DNA from: an uncultured bacterium
Lineage (GTDB): Bacteria; Actinomycetota; Acidimicrobiia; Spongiisociales; UBA5794
Assembly (NCBI GenBank): GCA_963801165.1
Contig: CAWDDT010000006.1
Location: 64,001-128,000, forward strand
Reading direction: 5' to 3'
Length of the DNA: 64,000 bases
The notes beneath the pieces were generated by a model, which saw only the letters and a list, made by a program, of their open reading frames with translations, made no database searches and was not told the DNA's origin. Below, piece by piece: positions 1-9,678 of this stretch (the stretch's first letter is position 1; every line of letters starts with the position of its first letter). The position numbers and the translations under genes were made by a program.

Positions 1-2
1 GG

Positions 3-1901
3 TTGGTTGGCCTTCTGGGTGCCATCTTCCTGTTGATGCTGACCGGTCTCGAGACGGATGTCGACCTCATTCGGAGGAATGCGCGTGTGGCGGCAGGCGT
101 GGCCTTGGGGGGCCTCGTCTTGCCGTTTGGGCTCGGCTACCTGGTCGCGTATGCCGTTCCCGAGCGTCTCGTAGCGAACCCGGGAAGACCGGTCGTTTTT
201 GCGCTCTTCTTCGCCACCGGGCTTGCCGTGTCGGCGATACCCGTCATCGCCAAGATCCTGTTGGATCTCGGGTTGATTCGGCGCAACTTCGGCCAGACAG
301 TGCTGGCCGCCGGGATGATCGACGACACAGCGGCATGGATACTCCTTTCGGTGGTGCTCGCACTTGCGACTGAAGACTCCACATCACCATGGACCATGGC
401 GCTGGCAGTTGCCCGAATTCTCTTGTTCATCAGCCTCACATTGTCGGTGGGTCGCTGGCTGGTCGACCGTGCCCTCGAACTCATCCAGGATCGGGGGTCT
501 ACGCCGGACGGTGTTCTAACCCTCGCGGTAGCGGTTGCTTTAGGTTTTGGGGCGGTCGCCATGGCGTTCGGTATTGAAGCGGTCATGGGCGCATTTCTCG
601 CCGGCGTTGTCCTTGGTCTGAACCCGCGCCTCCCGGTCGAGGTCGTGGGGCGTTTACACACGATGGCTTTGGCTGTTTTCGCACCGGTCTTCTTTGCGAT
701 AGCCGGCCTCCAGGTCGACGTGTCGGTCCTGAGCGATGGAGCTACTCTCCGCATCGCGCTACTGACCATTGTCGTTGCTATCGTCGGCAAGTGTCTCGGG
801 GCGGCGGCGGTTGCCCGGTGGATGGGCGTCGATGCATGGACTTCGCTCGCATATGGCGCAGCACTGAACGCTCGGGGTGCGATCGGGATCATCGTTGCGT
901 CGATAGGGCTAGATCTGGGCATTCTGTCGAAAGAGATCTATGCGATCATCGTGCTGACCTCCGTGGTGACGTCGATGCTTGCTCCACCGCTCGTGCGCAG
1001 CTTTCTCCGACGGGTGGCAGTCGACAGCGAAGAGGACAAGCGTCTGACGCGGGAGGCTGCAGGGCCGATCCTAGGTCGAACCCCGCGCCGGATCCTTGTC
1101 CCAATACGGGCTCGGCCGGAGGTGGCTCCTGTCCACGAGGTGGCTTCTGAAGTGGTGCGGTCGATCAACCCGTCGGCTCAGGTGACACTTCTCACTGTCG
1201 TCGCCGATACAGAGTCGAGACCACTGGCCGCCGAGCTACTGGAAACGCTAGTTCCTCGCTTTCGTCCTGCATCGCCGCAATGCGTTGTGGATGTCGGCGA
1301 TGATCCGACAGCGGCGATCCTCCGCTTTGCCCAGACCGGGTTCGACCTGGTCGTTGTCGGTGCGCCCGAGACTGAGAGTGGCGAGGGGCTCTTCGACCCG
1401 GTTGTCGATACGGTGACGCGCCTTGCCCCCTGTCCTGTGCTCATCGTGGCCGGGCATGGGCTCGGGTTCGTTTCGTGGCCGCCGCGTCGGATCATGGTGC
1501 CGGTCGCTGGCACCGACACTTCGCTCGGGGCGGCCCGTCTCGCTTTGACGCTTGCCGAGGGCGCAGAGGTGAGTGCTGTGCACGTAGTTCCGCGATCGCG
1601 GTACGCCACGAGCGGTGCGCCTGGGCGGCTCCTGGAGAGGCGCGTGTCACTTGGGCGTGAGGTCGTCGCTGAGATCGAACAGCTCGGCAAGTCCTACGCC
1701 GCCACTGTGTCCGGCCATGTCCTGACGAGCAGCGGCGACTTTGTCGAGGACATTCTCGACGCGATCGCACGTCAAGATATCGATCTACTCGTCATGGGCA
1801 GCAGCCTGCGCCCCGGATCCGCCCGGCTTCACCTCGGACCAAGAGTGGAGGAGATCCTGCAACTCGCTCCATGCCCCGTGCTGCTCGTCAACGCCACGTG
1901 A
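3..1901 (+). CDS. Cation:proton antiporter (CPA2-type) with two C-terminal universal stress protein domains; 5' truncated by window edge
   Basis: Many TM helices with GLETD, AAGMIDD and ALNARG motifs; two USP-like repeats (RRILVPI...APCPVLIV; RRIMVPV...APCPVLLV). Confidence 0.9.
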   Translation: MVGLLGAIFLLMLTGLETDVDLIRRNARVAAGVALGGLVLPFGLGYLVAYAVPERLVANPGRPVVFALFFATGLAVSAIPVIAKILLDLGLIRRNFGQTVLAAGMIDDTAAWILLSVVLALATEDSTSPWTMALAVARILLFISLTLSVGRWLVDRALELIQDRGSTPDGVLTLAVAVALGFGAVAMAFGIEAVMGAFLAGVVLGLNPRLPVEVVGRLHTMALAVFAPVFFAIAGLQVDVSVLSDGATLRIALLTIVVAIVGKCLGAAAVARWMGVDAWTSLAYGAALNARGAIGIIVASIGLDLGILSKEIYAIIVLTSVVTSMLAPPLVRSFLRRVAVDSEEDKRLTREAAGPILGRTPRRILVPIRARPEVAPVHEVASEVVRSINPSAQVTLLTVVADTESRPLAAELLETLVPRFRPASPQCVVDVGDDPTAAILRFAQTGFDLVVVGAPETESGEGLFDPVVDTVTRLAPCPVLIVAGHGLGFVSWPPRRIMVPVAGTDTSLGAARLALTLAEGAEVSAVHVVPRSRYATSGAPGRLLERRVSLGREVVAEIEQLGKSYAATVSGHVLTSSGDFVEDILDAIARQDIDLLVMGSSLRPGSARLHLGPRVEEILQLAPCPVLLVNAT

Positions 1902-2082
1902 GCGCGTACTTCCACACCCACCACTATCCCGCCGACCGGGTTTGTGTGGATCGAGGACCTTACGTTGACGGACAACGTGGCCGACATCCCGGCCCCGAAT
2001 ATTCCACCCACCGGGGGTCGACGAATCGCCCGCACCGCGACCGCAAAAGACGCCTGGAGAATCGGCTCAACTCCGGGAAGAT

Positions 2083-3315
2083 GTGACCGATCAGCTCGCG
2101 ATGGAACGCACCATTTCGCAGCGAGTTCGAACGCTCAGTTCACCGCTGGCTGTCCTTATCGCGGTCATCCTGTTCACTCTTGTCATCGGTCTCGACCTGG
2201 TTACTGGTCCCGAGTTGTCGTTTTCGTTCTTCTACCTACTGCCTGTTGTCTTCGTCTCACTGAGGTGGGGCACTCCTCAGGGGCAGGCTGCCGCGCTGGG
2301 AGCCGCCTCTGCCTGGTTCCTGATCGAGGTGTCGTCGGGCGGTCAACAGAACCACGCGCTCATACCTCTATGGAACGCCGCGGTGCGTTTCGGCTTCTTC
2401 AGCCTTGTCTCCTGGCTGCTCGACAGCCTCCACCTGGCGCTGGAGCGAGAGACCGCGCTAGCCCGGACAGACCCGCTCACCGGGCTCCCAAACCGGCGAG
2501 CGTTCAGTGAGCTCGCAGACCGTGAGCTGGCTCGCTCCGCACGGCTCGACGAGACTCTCGCCCTCGTGGTGATCGACCTCGACGACTTCAAACTCGTTAA
2601 CGACCGCCACGGACACGAGGGGGGAGACGAGGTGCTCTGCCGCTTCGCCGCCACCGCACGGCGGGCCCTCCGATCTGTCGATGTCATAGCTCGTACGGGC
2701 GGAGACGAGTTCGCGGTGCTCCTCCCCGATGTGGATGCTGCGACGACGGTCGGGGTACTGCAGCGTCTGCGAGGGGCACTCGGTTCTGAGGACGCGGGTG
2801 GTATCAGGTGCTCGATGGGTGTGGCGTGCCTAACTGGCGGCACCCTATCTGACGCTTTGCGGTCGGCGGACAAGGCCCTGTACGGGGCGAAGACAGCCGG
2901 AAAGGGATCCATTCTGCTCGTTGATCTTGTGTCGGAATCGCCACAGGACCCGCGATCGGTCGCTGCGGGATCCGCGGTCCCCGATGCGCTCGGCCAGCCG
3001 GACTGCACGTGGTCACCCGGCGGCTCCCGCGACCCGAGCGGTTCGATCTTCACCGCAGCGGGGTTTCTGGCGAGCTCAAGTGGGCCTGTAGCGGTGTGTG
3101 CCGGCAGCCCACCGAGTGGTAGAGAAGACGGTGGCACGGTGCGGACTCTGGAGGGTGTACCGCCGGACTCGGCGACCAGCTCTGGCGAGCCTGGGACCTG
3201 GGACCCATATCCGCAAGTGCTGATCAGGAGGAACGGAGACATGGTGGTCTACGACCAGGGGTCCAAGCCGGATCCGCAGCCGCGGCGAGGCGTCGTGGCT
3301 CATCTCGCGTCGTAG
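2083..3315 (+). CDS. Membrane-bound GGDEF diguanylate cyclase with long low-complexity C-terminal tail
   Basis: N-terminal TM helices; TDPLTGLPNRRAF, DLDDFKLVND, GGDEF; alternative start ATG 2101. Confidence 0.9.
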   Translation: MTDQLAMERTISQRVRTLSSPLAVLIAVILFTLVIGLDLVTGPELSFSFFYLLPVVFVSLRWGTPQGQAAALGAASAWFLIEVSSGGQQNHALIPLWNAAVRFGFFSLVSWLLDSLHLALERETALARTDPLTGLPNRRAFSELADRELARSARLDETLALVVIDLDDFKLVNDRHGHEGGDEVLCRFAATARRALRSVDVIARTGGDEFAVLLPDVDAATTVGVLQRLRGALGSEDAGGIRCSMGVACLTGGTLSDALRSADKALYGAKTAGKGSILLVDLVSESPQDPRSVAAGSAVPDALGQPDCTWSPGGSRDPSGSIFTAAGFLASSSGPVAVCAGSPPSGREDGGTVRTLEGVPPDSATSSGEPGTWDPYPQVLIRRNGDMVVYDQGSKPDPQPRRGVVAHLAS

Positions 3316-3438
3316 GTGGGTTGGGATCTGATCCGAGCGGCAACGTCAATTGTGATTGCAGTTGATGTCAAAGACCGGTCACCGGGACGCAGTACAGCCG
3401 TATAGTCCGTCGTGTCGCCACCTCGTCGAGAATTGAGC

Positions 3439-4578
3439 ATGTTCCCAACGGCGCAGCAAACCTGCTTCTTGATCGCGGACATCTCGGGCTACACCGGATA
3501 CCTAGCCGGCGTGGAACTCGATCATGCCCAGGACATCCTCGCGGACCTGATTGGTGCGGTGGTTTCCGCCCTGGGGCCTAACTTCGCCCTTGCCAAGCTC
3601 GAAGGCGACGCCGCCTTCACGTACTTGCCGGCGGATACGATCGACGGGTCGATGCTGCTCGACACTATCGAGCGCTGTTACTTCGGGTTTCGCCGTCGCC
3701 GGCGCGACGTGCGACAGGCGACGTTGTGTACTTGCGCGGCCTGCAGCCGCATCCCCGACCTCGATTTGAAGTTCGTCGTGCATCACGGCAGCGCAATCGT
3801 TCAGGAGGTTGCGGGGAGCCGCGAGCTCCTCGGGTCGGATGTGATCGTCGTCCACCGGATGCTCAAGAACGATGTGGCAGCCGACCTGGACATGGCCGCG
3901 TACGCACTGATCAGCCAGCAATGCATCGAAGTCGCCGGCCTCGATCCGGCGGCGCTGGCCATGCGACGCCACACCCAGATGTACGACGGAGTCGGCGAGG
4001 TGTCGGCATGGGCCCACGATCTGCACCGTCGCTGGGAAGAAGAGGAGGCTCGGGGGCGCGTCATCGTGACTCCCGACGAGTCGATCCTCACCGTGTCGAT
4101 ACCGACCCGTGTCCCGCCGCAGCTCGCATGGGAGTTCCTGACCAAACCCGGCCAGCGTATGTCGTGGCAACCGTGGGTGACGGCGGTGGAGACCAAGGGC
4201 GCCACCGGTGGGCGGCGCGGGATCGGGTCCGCCAACCACTGCATGCACGGGGCGGACTCGGTGATCGAGGAGATCCTCGACTGGCGCCCGTATGACTATG
4301 TGACCGACCGCACAATCATCGAGACGCCACATGGCCCGCTCCGGCTCCTCCACACGATCGAGTTCGAACCGACCGCGAGCGGAACGCTGATCCACTATCG
4401 GTTCGCTCCACCAGAGGCAGATGCGGAGCGGGAGCTCGCCGAGAAGGTGGGCAGTGAGTACGGCGCCGCCCTCCGCTCTTGTATCCCAGCACTCGTCGCA
4501 CAACTCGACGACGAGCTTGCGTCCCGTATCGCGGGCGGTGAGCCGGACCCCGACGCGGGCCGTGACGATGCCTGCTGA
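3439..4578 (+). CDS. DUF2652 (class III nucleotide cyclase-like) domain fused to SRPBCC/START domain
   Basis: IADISGYT, KLEGDA, CTCAAC, LKFVVHHG, HRMLKN; C-terminal WEFLT...EEILDWRPYDY. Confidence 0.8.
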   Translation: MFPTAQQTCFLIADISGYTGYLAGVELDHAQDILADLIGAVVSALGPNFALAKLEGDAAFTYLPADTIDGSMLLDTIERCYFGFRRRRRDVRQATLCTCAACSRIPDLDLKFVVHHGSAIVQEVAGSRELLGSDVIVVHRMLKNDVAADLDMAAYALISQQCIEVAGLDPAALAMRRHTQMYDGVGEVSAWAHDLHRRWEEEEARGRVIVTPDESILTVSIPTRVPPQLAWEFLTKPGQRMSWQPWVTAVETKGATGGRRGIGSANHCMHGADSVIEEILDWRPYDYVTDRTIIETPHGPLRLLHTIEFEPTASGTLIHYRFAPPEADAERELAEKVGSEYGAALRSCIPALVAQLDDELASRIAGGEPDPDAGRDDAC

Positions 4579-4883
4579 TCCGATGCCGTCCGCGACTGCG
4601 TGCACTGGAGCTCTTCAGCATCTTCCTAGCTAGGAGTGTGCTGAGTACACACCTCGATAGGGCTACCGCCACGACGCCGATATCGCCCTTGGGCGGACCC
4701 GGCTGTGTCGATTGTGATGACGCCCCGAGCTTGCGTGAACTGGTAGCCCCCGCCGCCGACAGCCGAGCCGGGCTAGACAGAATCGGTGGTTCGCGAGACT
4801 TCGAGAAGCGGCAACTTTCGGGACCAGCCTCTATATCCGCGGGCTAGGCTCAGATCACCAAACCTTTCCAACTGGGGTGTTTC

Positions 4884-5693
4884 ATGTCCATACAGGACGA
4901 TCGGGTCACCGCCTTCCACGGCCTCCATGCCGCAGGGTGCTTCGTCATGCCAAACCCGTGGGACATAGGAAGCGCGGTGGTCCTCGAACGGCTCGGCTTC
5001 AAGGCGCTGGCGACGACGAGTGCCGGCCACGCATGGACGGTGGGCCGCGCCGACAACCAACTGTTGCTCGAGCAGACGCTTGAGCATCTTCGTGAGGTCG
5101 TTGGTGCCGTGGACGTACCGGTGAATGCGGATTTCGAGGGCGGTTTTGCGGACGATCCCGAGTCCGTGGCCAGGAACGTGAAGCTCGCCGCGGCGACGGG
5201 GATTGCCGGTATCTCGATTGAGGATTCCACCGGTCGCGAGGCCGAGCCCCTGTACGACTTCGACCTCGCCGTCGAGCGAGTTCGAGCCGCGCGCCTGGCC
5301 ATCGACGAAAGCGGAACGGGTATCGTGCTCACCGGTCGATCCGAGGGGTTCGTATGCGGGCGCCCCGACATCGATGAGACGATCCGCAGGCTGCGAGCCT
5401 ATGCGGAAGCCGGAGCCGACTGCCTCTACGCTCCGCGGATCGACAGTGTCGAGCACGTCTCTGCGGTCGTCGCCGCGGCGGCGCCGAAGCCGGTGAACCT
5501 CCTGATCAACGCCCCCTTCATGACGGTCGCAGAGGCAGCGTCTCTGGGAGTACGTCGAATCAGTGTCGGGGGCACGCTGGCCCGTGCCGCGTGGGCCGGA
5601 TTCCTCGACGCGGCGAGGGAGATCTCGAGCGAAGGGACCTTCTCCCGGTTCGTAGGTTTGCCGAACGTCGATGCGCTGTTCGCCGGGCAATAG
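4884..5693 (+). CDS. Isocitrate lyase/PEP mutase family protein
   Basis: PNPWD, ALATTSAG, VNADFEGG, GISIED, AGADCLYAP. Confidence 0.9.
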   Translation: MSIQDDRVTAFHGLHAAGCFVMPNPWDIGSAVVLERLGFKALATTSAGHAWTVGRADNQLLLEQTLEHLREVVGAVDVPVNADFEGGFADDPESVARNVKLAAATGIAGISIEDSTGREAEPLYDFDLAVERVRAARLAIDESGTGIVLTGRSEGFVCGRPDIDETIRRLRAYAEAGADCLYAPRIDSVEHVSAVVAAAAPKPVNLLINAPFMTVAEAASLGVRRISVGGTLARAAWAGFLDAAREISSEGTFSRFVGLPNVDALFAGQ

Positions 5694-5749
5694 CTGCGGA
5701 GCGCGGCGTCCCGGCACCGTCTCGCTGCTTTCGCCCCTGCTCCGGTGGC

Positions 5750-6351
5750 TAGAACAATGTGTCGACCGCAACGATGGTGATGCCTGTTGCCACAACCACT
5801 GGAGCGGGATGAGCGTTGCACCACGCAGGCGGCCCGCCGACCGGCGTATCGCCCACACGAGGAGTATGGCCGAGGCGACGAGATATGCGACGGCAACCGC
5901 ATAGCCAGGGGCCCTCTGCGCATAGCGGGGCAGTTCGGCGAACGCGATGCGGAATAGGAGCAGGGCAGTGAACCCGACGGAGAACACTGCAACCACGGTG
6001 GTCTCGTCACGAAACAATCGACCGCCGTGACCGCCTGAAACGGCGTCGTGGTAAGTGCGTGCGTCGGCGACGGCGACCGGCCAGCGGCGAAACCCCAGGT
6101 CAACGAGCCTCCCATGATGCCCGCCGCCAAGAGGGAAGAGAGCCCGACCGCTATGGCCGTGATCGGCGGCTCGGTCTGGGGAAGGTAGGTGTCCATGAGT
6201 GAGAAGAACTGCGTCTCGTAGTCAGACTCGCACTGAGCGCGCCGAGAAGCAGTACGGTCAGCACCATCGCCGTCCCCACACAGGAACTGGCCGCCAACGC
6301 GTCGTCCAGCCGCGGGTTGATCCCCTGAGGTCGACGAGTCATCGGAGGCAC
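5750..6351 (-). pseudogene. Probable frameshifted membrane protein
   Basis: Hydrophobic segments continue across three frames (AMVLTVLLLGALS / ITAIAVGLSSLLAAGIMGG / VVAVFSVGFTALLLF...YLVASAILLVWAIRR); boundaries approximate. Confidence 0.45.
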
Positions 6352-6479
6352 TCGGACATCTCACGCAATCCAAACCACATCGACTATGGGTTTAGGAGCG
6401 CACCGGCGGGGAGGATCGGTGGCGCCGGGATCCGCGCGCCGGTCGCGAGTTTCGCCTTGCGAAAGTGGGTAGGAGTCGT

Positions 6480-6568
6480 CCGAAAGTAGCACCTCGTGAT
6501 CGAACTTCTGGCTAGGTGAAGATGGGCACTTCCGCCGATGGCAACCACGAGCAGGTCGGGGACGATGC
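6480..6568 (+). promoter_or_regulatory. Putative response-regulator-activated promoter with the same architecture as 28412-28500
   Basis: CCGAAAGTA at 6480, CCGATGGC at +55, GACGATGC at a further +26; same spacing upstream of the MMPL gene. Confidence 0.55.
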
Positions 6569-6625
6569 GAAGGTGGGCTGAAAGCGACACAAAGATGCCG
6601 GTCTTCGGTCTCGAGAGGTAGCAGG

Positions 6626-7423
6626 ATGACAGCGAGAGCAGTTGACAAGGATGCGTCGGCGCAGAAAGGACGGACTCAGGACAAGTCCCGTCTTGCGGTG
6701 GTGCGGCGGACCGGTGACTACCGGCGAAGCGCCATTTGGGTGGGCATCCTGTACATCATCGCGACAGTTGCTCCCGTTGTCTCTTTTGGTGCCTGGGGGA
6801 CGCTCACGGGCGGGCGCGGGATTCTCACCAACGCCGCCGGCCACGAGAGCCAGGTCATCACCTTCGTGTTGCTCAATTTGGCGATGGCCATCGCGGTTGC
6901 CGGTGTTGCGTTCATGATGTACCCGGTGCTGAGACGCATCACCGAGACGACGGTCGAGGAGGGTCTTGCCCATTGGTATGTCGGTACCAGGGTCACCGAG
7001 GGTGCGCTGTCCATCGTGGCATTGATTGCTGTTCTGGCCTTCCTCCCGCTGAGCCGGGATTTCATCACCGCGGGCACTCCGGCCGCGTCGTACTTCCAGA
7101 CCGGCGGGGCGGCGCTGCAATCGACGGTGGATCTGGCGTTTGCACTCGCAGGGACCGTAGTCGCCGTCGGTGCCGCGATGCTGTACTACCTGCTCTACCA
7201 ATCGAAACTCGTTCCTCGCTGGCTGTCCGGATGGGGCCTGGTGGCGGCACCGCTCTTCGTCGTGGCAAGTCTCTCTCTGCTCTGGACCGGGGATCCGAAC
7301 TCGACATTGTCCACGGTGTTTTACGCGCCGATGGGTGTACAGGAGATGGTGCTGGCCGTGTTGCTCATCGCACGAGGCTTCGACCCCACCCCCCTTGAGG
7401 CCCATGTGACCGAGCAGAGGTAG
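6626..7423 (+). CDS. DUF4386 family membrane protein
   Basis: About 6 TM helices; GILYIIAT, LYQSKLVPRWLSGWG, QEMVLAVLLIARGF. Confidence 0.8.
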   Translation: MTARAVDKDASAQKGRTQDKSRLAVVRRTGDYRRSAIWVGILYIIATVAPVVSFGAWGTLTGGRGILTNAAGHESQVITFVLLNLAMAIAVAGVAFMMYPVLRRITETTVEEGLAHWYVGTRVTEGALSIVALIAVLAFLPLSRDFITAGTPAASYFQTGGAALQSTVDLAFALAGTVVAVGAAMLYYLLYQSKLVPRWLSGWGLVAAPLFVVASLSLLWTGDPNSTLSTVFYAPMGVQEMVLAVLLIARGFDPTPLEAHVTEQR

Positions 7424-7478
7424 CAGGGCAGTGGGCTTGGCACCAGGCGGTGGTGATCCGCCGGGCCGGCGGCAGGTA

Positions 7479-7636
7479 CCACCCGGACATCGGTGTCCAC
7501 CGCTCCCTCGTTCAACCTTTTCGCGCTCGATACCACGCTGGGTCTGGCACCAGGTGCGAGTAAAAGCGATGTCCTCGACGCCGTCGCAAGTCACGTCCTG
7601 GCCGAGGCGACGCTGACGGGACGCTACGGCCGCTGA
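7479..7636 (+). pseudogene. C-terminal remnant of a YbhB/YbcL (PEBP/Raf-kinase-inhibitor-like) protein
   Basis: PPGH/GVHR broken by 1-nt shifts, then FNLFALDTTLGLAPGASKSDVLDAVASHVLAEATLTGRYGR* (7511-7636); no 5' part. Confidence 0.7.
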
Positions 7637-7668
7637 CCGTCGCTCTCACATCGGAACCGGTGGCCCCG

Positions 7669-9678
7669 TCACGTCGTGAGGTCGTATATGGTTACGCCGT
7701 CGATCTGGATTCCTTGGAACGTCGCTGCGACCCAGTTGGAGATGTCGGTCGTGTCGGTGCTGCCTCCGTTGGGGGTACCAAAGCCACCGCCGGAGATGAA
7801 CCAGTGGATCTGGCCGTTGGAGACCATCTGCTGGAAATCGGCGAGGGTTGGGAACGGGTCGCTGCCGTTGAAGCCACCCAGCGCAAGCACCGGTCGCTCG
7901 GTGGCGAGTTGGTAGCCGGAGGCGTTGTTGGCCCCCACTGCCGCCGCCACCCAGGTGTAGTCGTCGGCGTTTTGGAGCAGCAGCTCGGTCAGCGCTTCGG
8001 ACGGCTCCGACCCGTTCAGCAAGCCACCGGGGCCGCCTGCTCGTTGCCCGCCGGGCCTGGCGAATGTTCCCCCGGGGGCTCCCGGGGTGCGGGCACCGTT
8101 TCCGCGTTGTGCGGGCGGTGTCTGTCGGCCGATGGTGTTGAACCCGCCGGGAGCGAATCCGCCGGGTCCGCCGGGGCGCCCGCCGACGCTTGCATTGTCG
8201 ACATCGGGCCCGGCAGTGACGATCGAGCCCGAATGTGGGGTCGCCGCCGTCTGTAGCGACCAGGCGGCAGGGCCGATGAACAGCACCATCGCACCCGCGA
8301 GGGCGGCTGCCAACGCCACCGGGGCGGAACGGTGCCAGACGGCAATTAGCGCGGCTGCCGCGATGGCGGCCAGTAGGAGAAGGGCGGGACGCAGCCAGGT
8401 GTTCCAGGTGCTGGCCCTGCCCAGCAATTCGACGGACCACAGTGCGGAACCGAGCACCACCATGGCCGCCGTGATCCGGGCTGCCCGGCTTGACCGGTGC
8501 TGCCACAGCAGGTGGCCACCGATCCCGACAAGAGCGGCAATCGCGGGCGCCAGTGCCACCGTGTAGTACTCGTGGAAGATGCCGGCCATGAAGCTGAACG
8601 TGAGCGCCGTCACCACCAGCCATCCGCCCCACACCAGCAGACCGGCGCGTTGCCCATCGGTGCGGGGCGCCTTTCGGGTGAGCCACAAGCCACCGACGAT
8701 CGCAATGAGGGCCGCCGGGATCAGCCATGCGATCTGACCGCCGATGACCCCGTCGAGCATTCTTGTGATCCCCGTTTGGCCCCACATGCCGGGGCGCGCA
8801 GCACCGCCCCCGCCGCCGGTCACCGATCCCACCTCATTTCCCGTGATCCTGCCCAGACCGTTGTATCCGAAGGTCAGCTCGAGGATCGAATTGGTCTGCG
8901 ACCCACCGATCCAGGGCCGTGAGCTTGCCGGCCACAACTCGACCAACGCCACCCACCAGCCTGCGGAGGCAACAATCGCGGCTCCTGCGATGATCAGATC
9001 GACCAGGCGTCTTCGGAACGTCCCTTTGGCTGCGACGAGCCAGGCGAGCGCTAGCGGCGGGACCAGCACCATCACCTGCAGCTGTTTCGTGAGGAATCCC
9101 AGCCCAATCAGCACGCCGGTGGCGATCACCCAGCGGCGGCGACGGTCTTCGATACCGCGCAGAGTCGTGATGGCGGCCAACGTCATGAGCAGTGTGAGCA
9201 GAGCATCCGGGTTGTTGAACCGGAACATGAGGACTGCCGCCGGGGTGAGCGCCATCACGATCGACGCCAGCAGCGCCGCCCCGGCAGAGAACCAGCGACG
9301 TAGGCCGTACCAGACTGCGGCGACGGTCCCGACGCCCATCAGAGCCTGAGGCACCAGTATCGACCAGGAGTGGAGACCAAAGATCTTCACGGACAGCGCC
9401 ATCACCCACAGCGCCGCGGGCGGCTTGTCGACGGTGATGGCGTTGGCGGCGTCGAACGAGCCGAAGAGAAATGCCTTCCAACTCACCGATCCGGCCTGTA
9501 CCGCTGCCGAGTAGAAGCTGTTGGCCCACCCCGAGGCGCCAAGTCCCCACAGGTATAGAACGGCGGTGGCGAGCAGGACTGCGATCAGGGTCGGGCGCTC
9601 CCATCCCGCCCTCCTGCCGCTATCGGTCTCGATCATGGTCGTGGTCTCTGGGGGCCTTGTGTCTATGAGCGTTGTCAT
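7669..9678 (-). CDS. Glycosyltransferase family 39 (ArnT/PMT-like, GT-C)
   Basis: ANSFYSAAV, TVDKPP, FRFNNPDALL, FHEYYT, LGGFNGSDP. Confidence 0.92.
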   Translation of the reverse strand: MTTLIDTRPPETTTMIETDSGRRAGWERPTLIAVLLATAVLYLWGLGASGWANSFYSAAVQAGSVSWKAFLFGSFDAANAITVDKPPAALWVMALSVKIFGLHSWSILVPQALMGVGTVAAVWYGLRRWFSAGAALLASIVMALTPAAVLMFRFNNPDALLTLLMTLAAITTLRGIEDRRRRWVIATGVLIGLGFLTKQLQVMVLVPPLALAWLVAAKGTFRRRLVDLIIAGAAIVASAGWWVALVELWPASSRPWIGGSQTNSILELTFGYNGLGRITGNEVGSVTGGGGGAARPGMWGQTGITRMLDGVIGGQIAWLIPAALIAIVGGLWLTRKAPRTDGQRAGLLVWGGWLVVTALTFSFMAGIFHEYYTVALAPAIAALVGIGGHLLWQHRSSRAARITAAMVVLGSALWSVELLGRASTWNTWLRPALLLLAAIAAAALIAVWHRSAPVALAAALAGAMVLFIGPAAWSLQTAATPHSGSIVTAGPDVDNASVGGRPGGPGGFAPGGFNTIGRQTPPAQRGNGARTPGAPGGTFARPGGQRAGGPGGLLNGSEPSEALTELLLQNADDYTWVAAAVGANNASGYQLATERPVLALGGFNGSDPFPTLADFQQMVSNGQIHWFISGGGFGTPNGGSTDTTDISNWVAATFQGIQIDGVTIYDLTT

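Noticed and set aside
1186-1193. Further CACTTCTC copies (also 35403-35410 on the minus strand)
   Set aside because: They are inside CDSs with no preceding -10 box and hairpin; an 8-mer is expected by chance in 64 kb.
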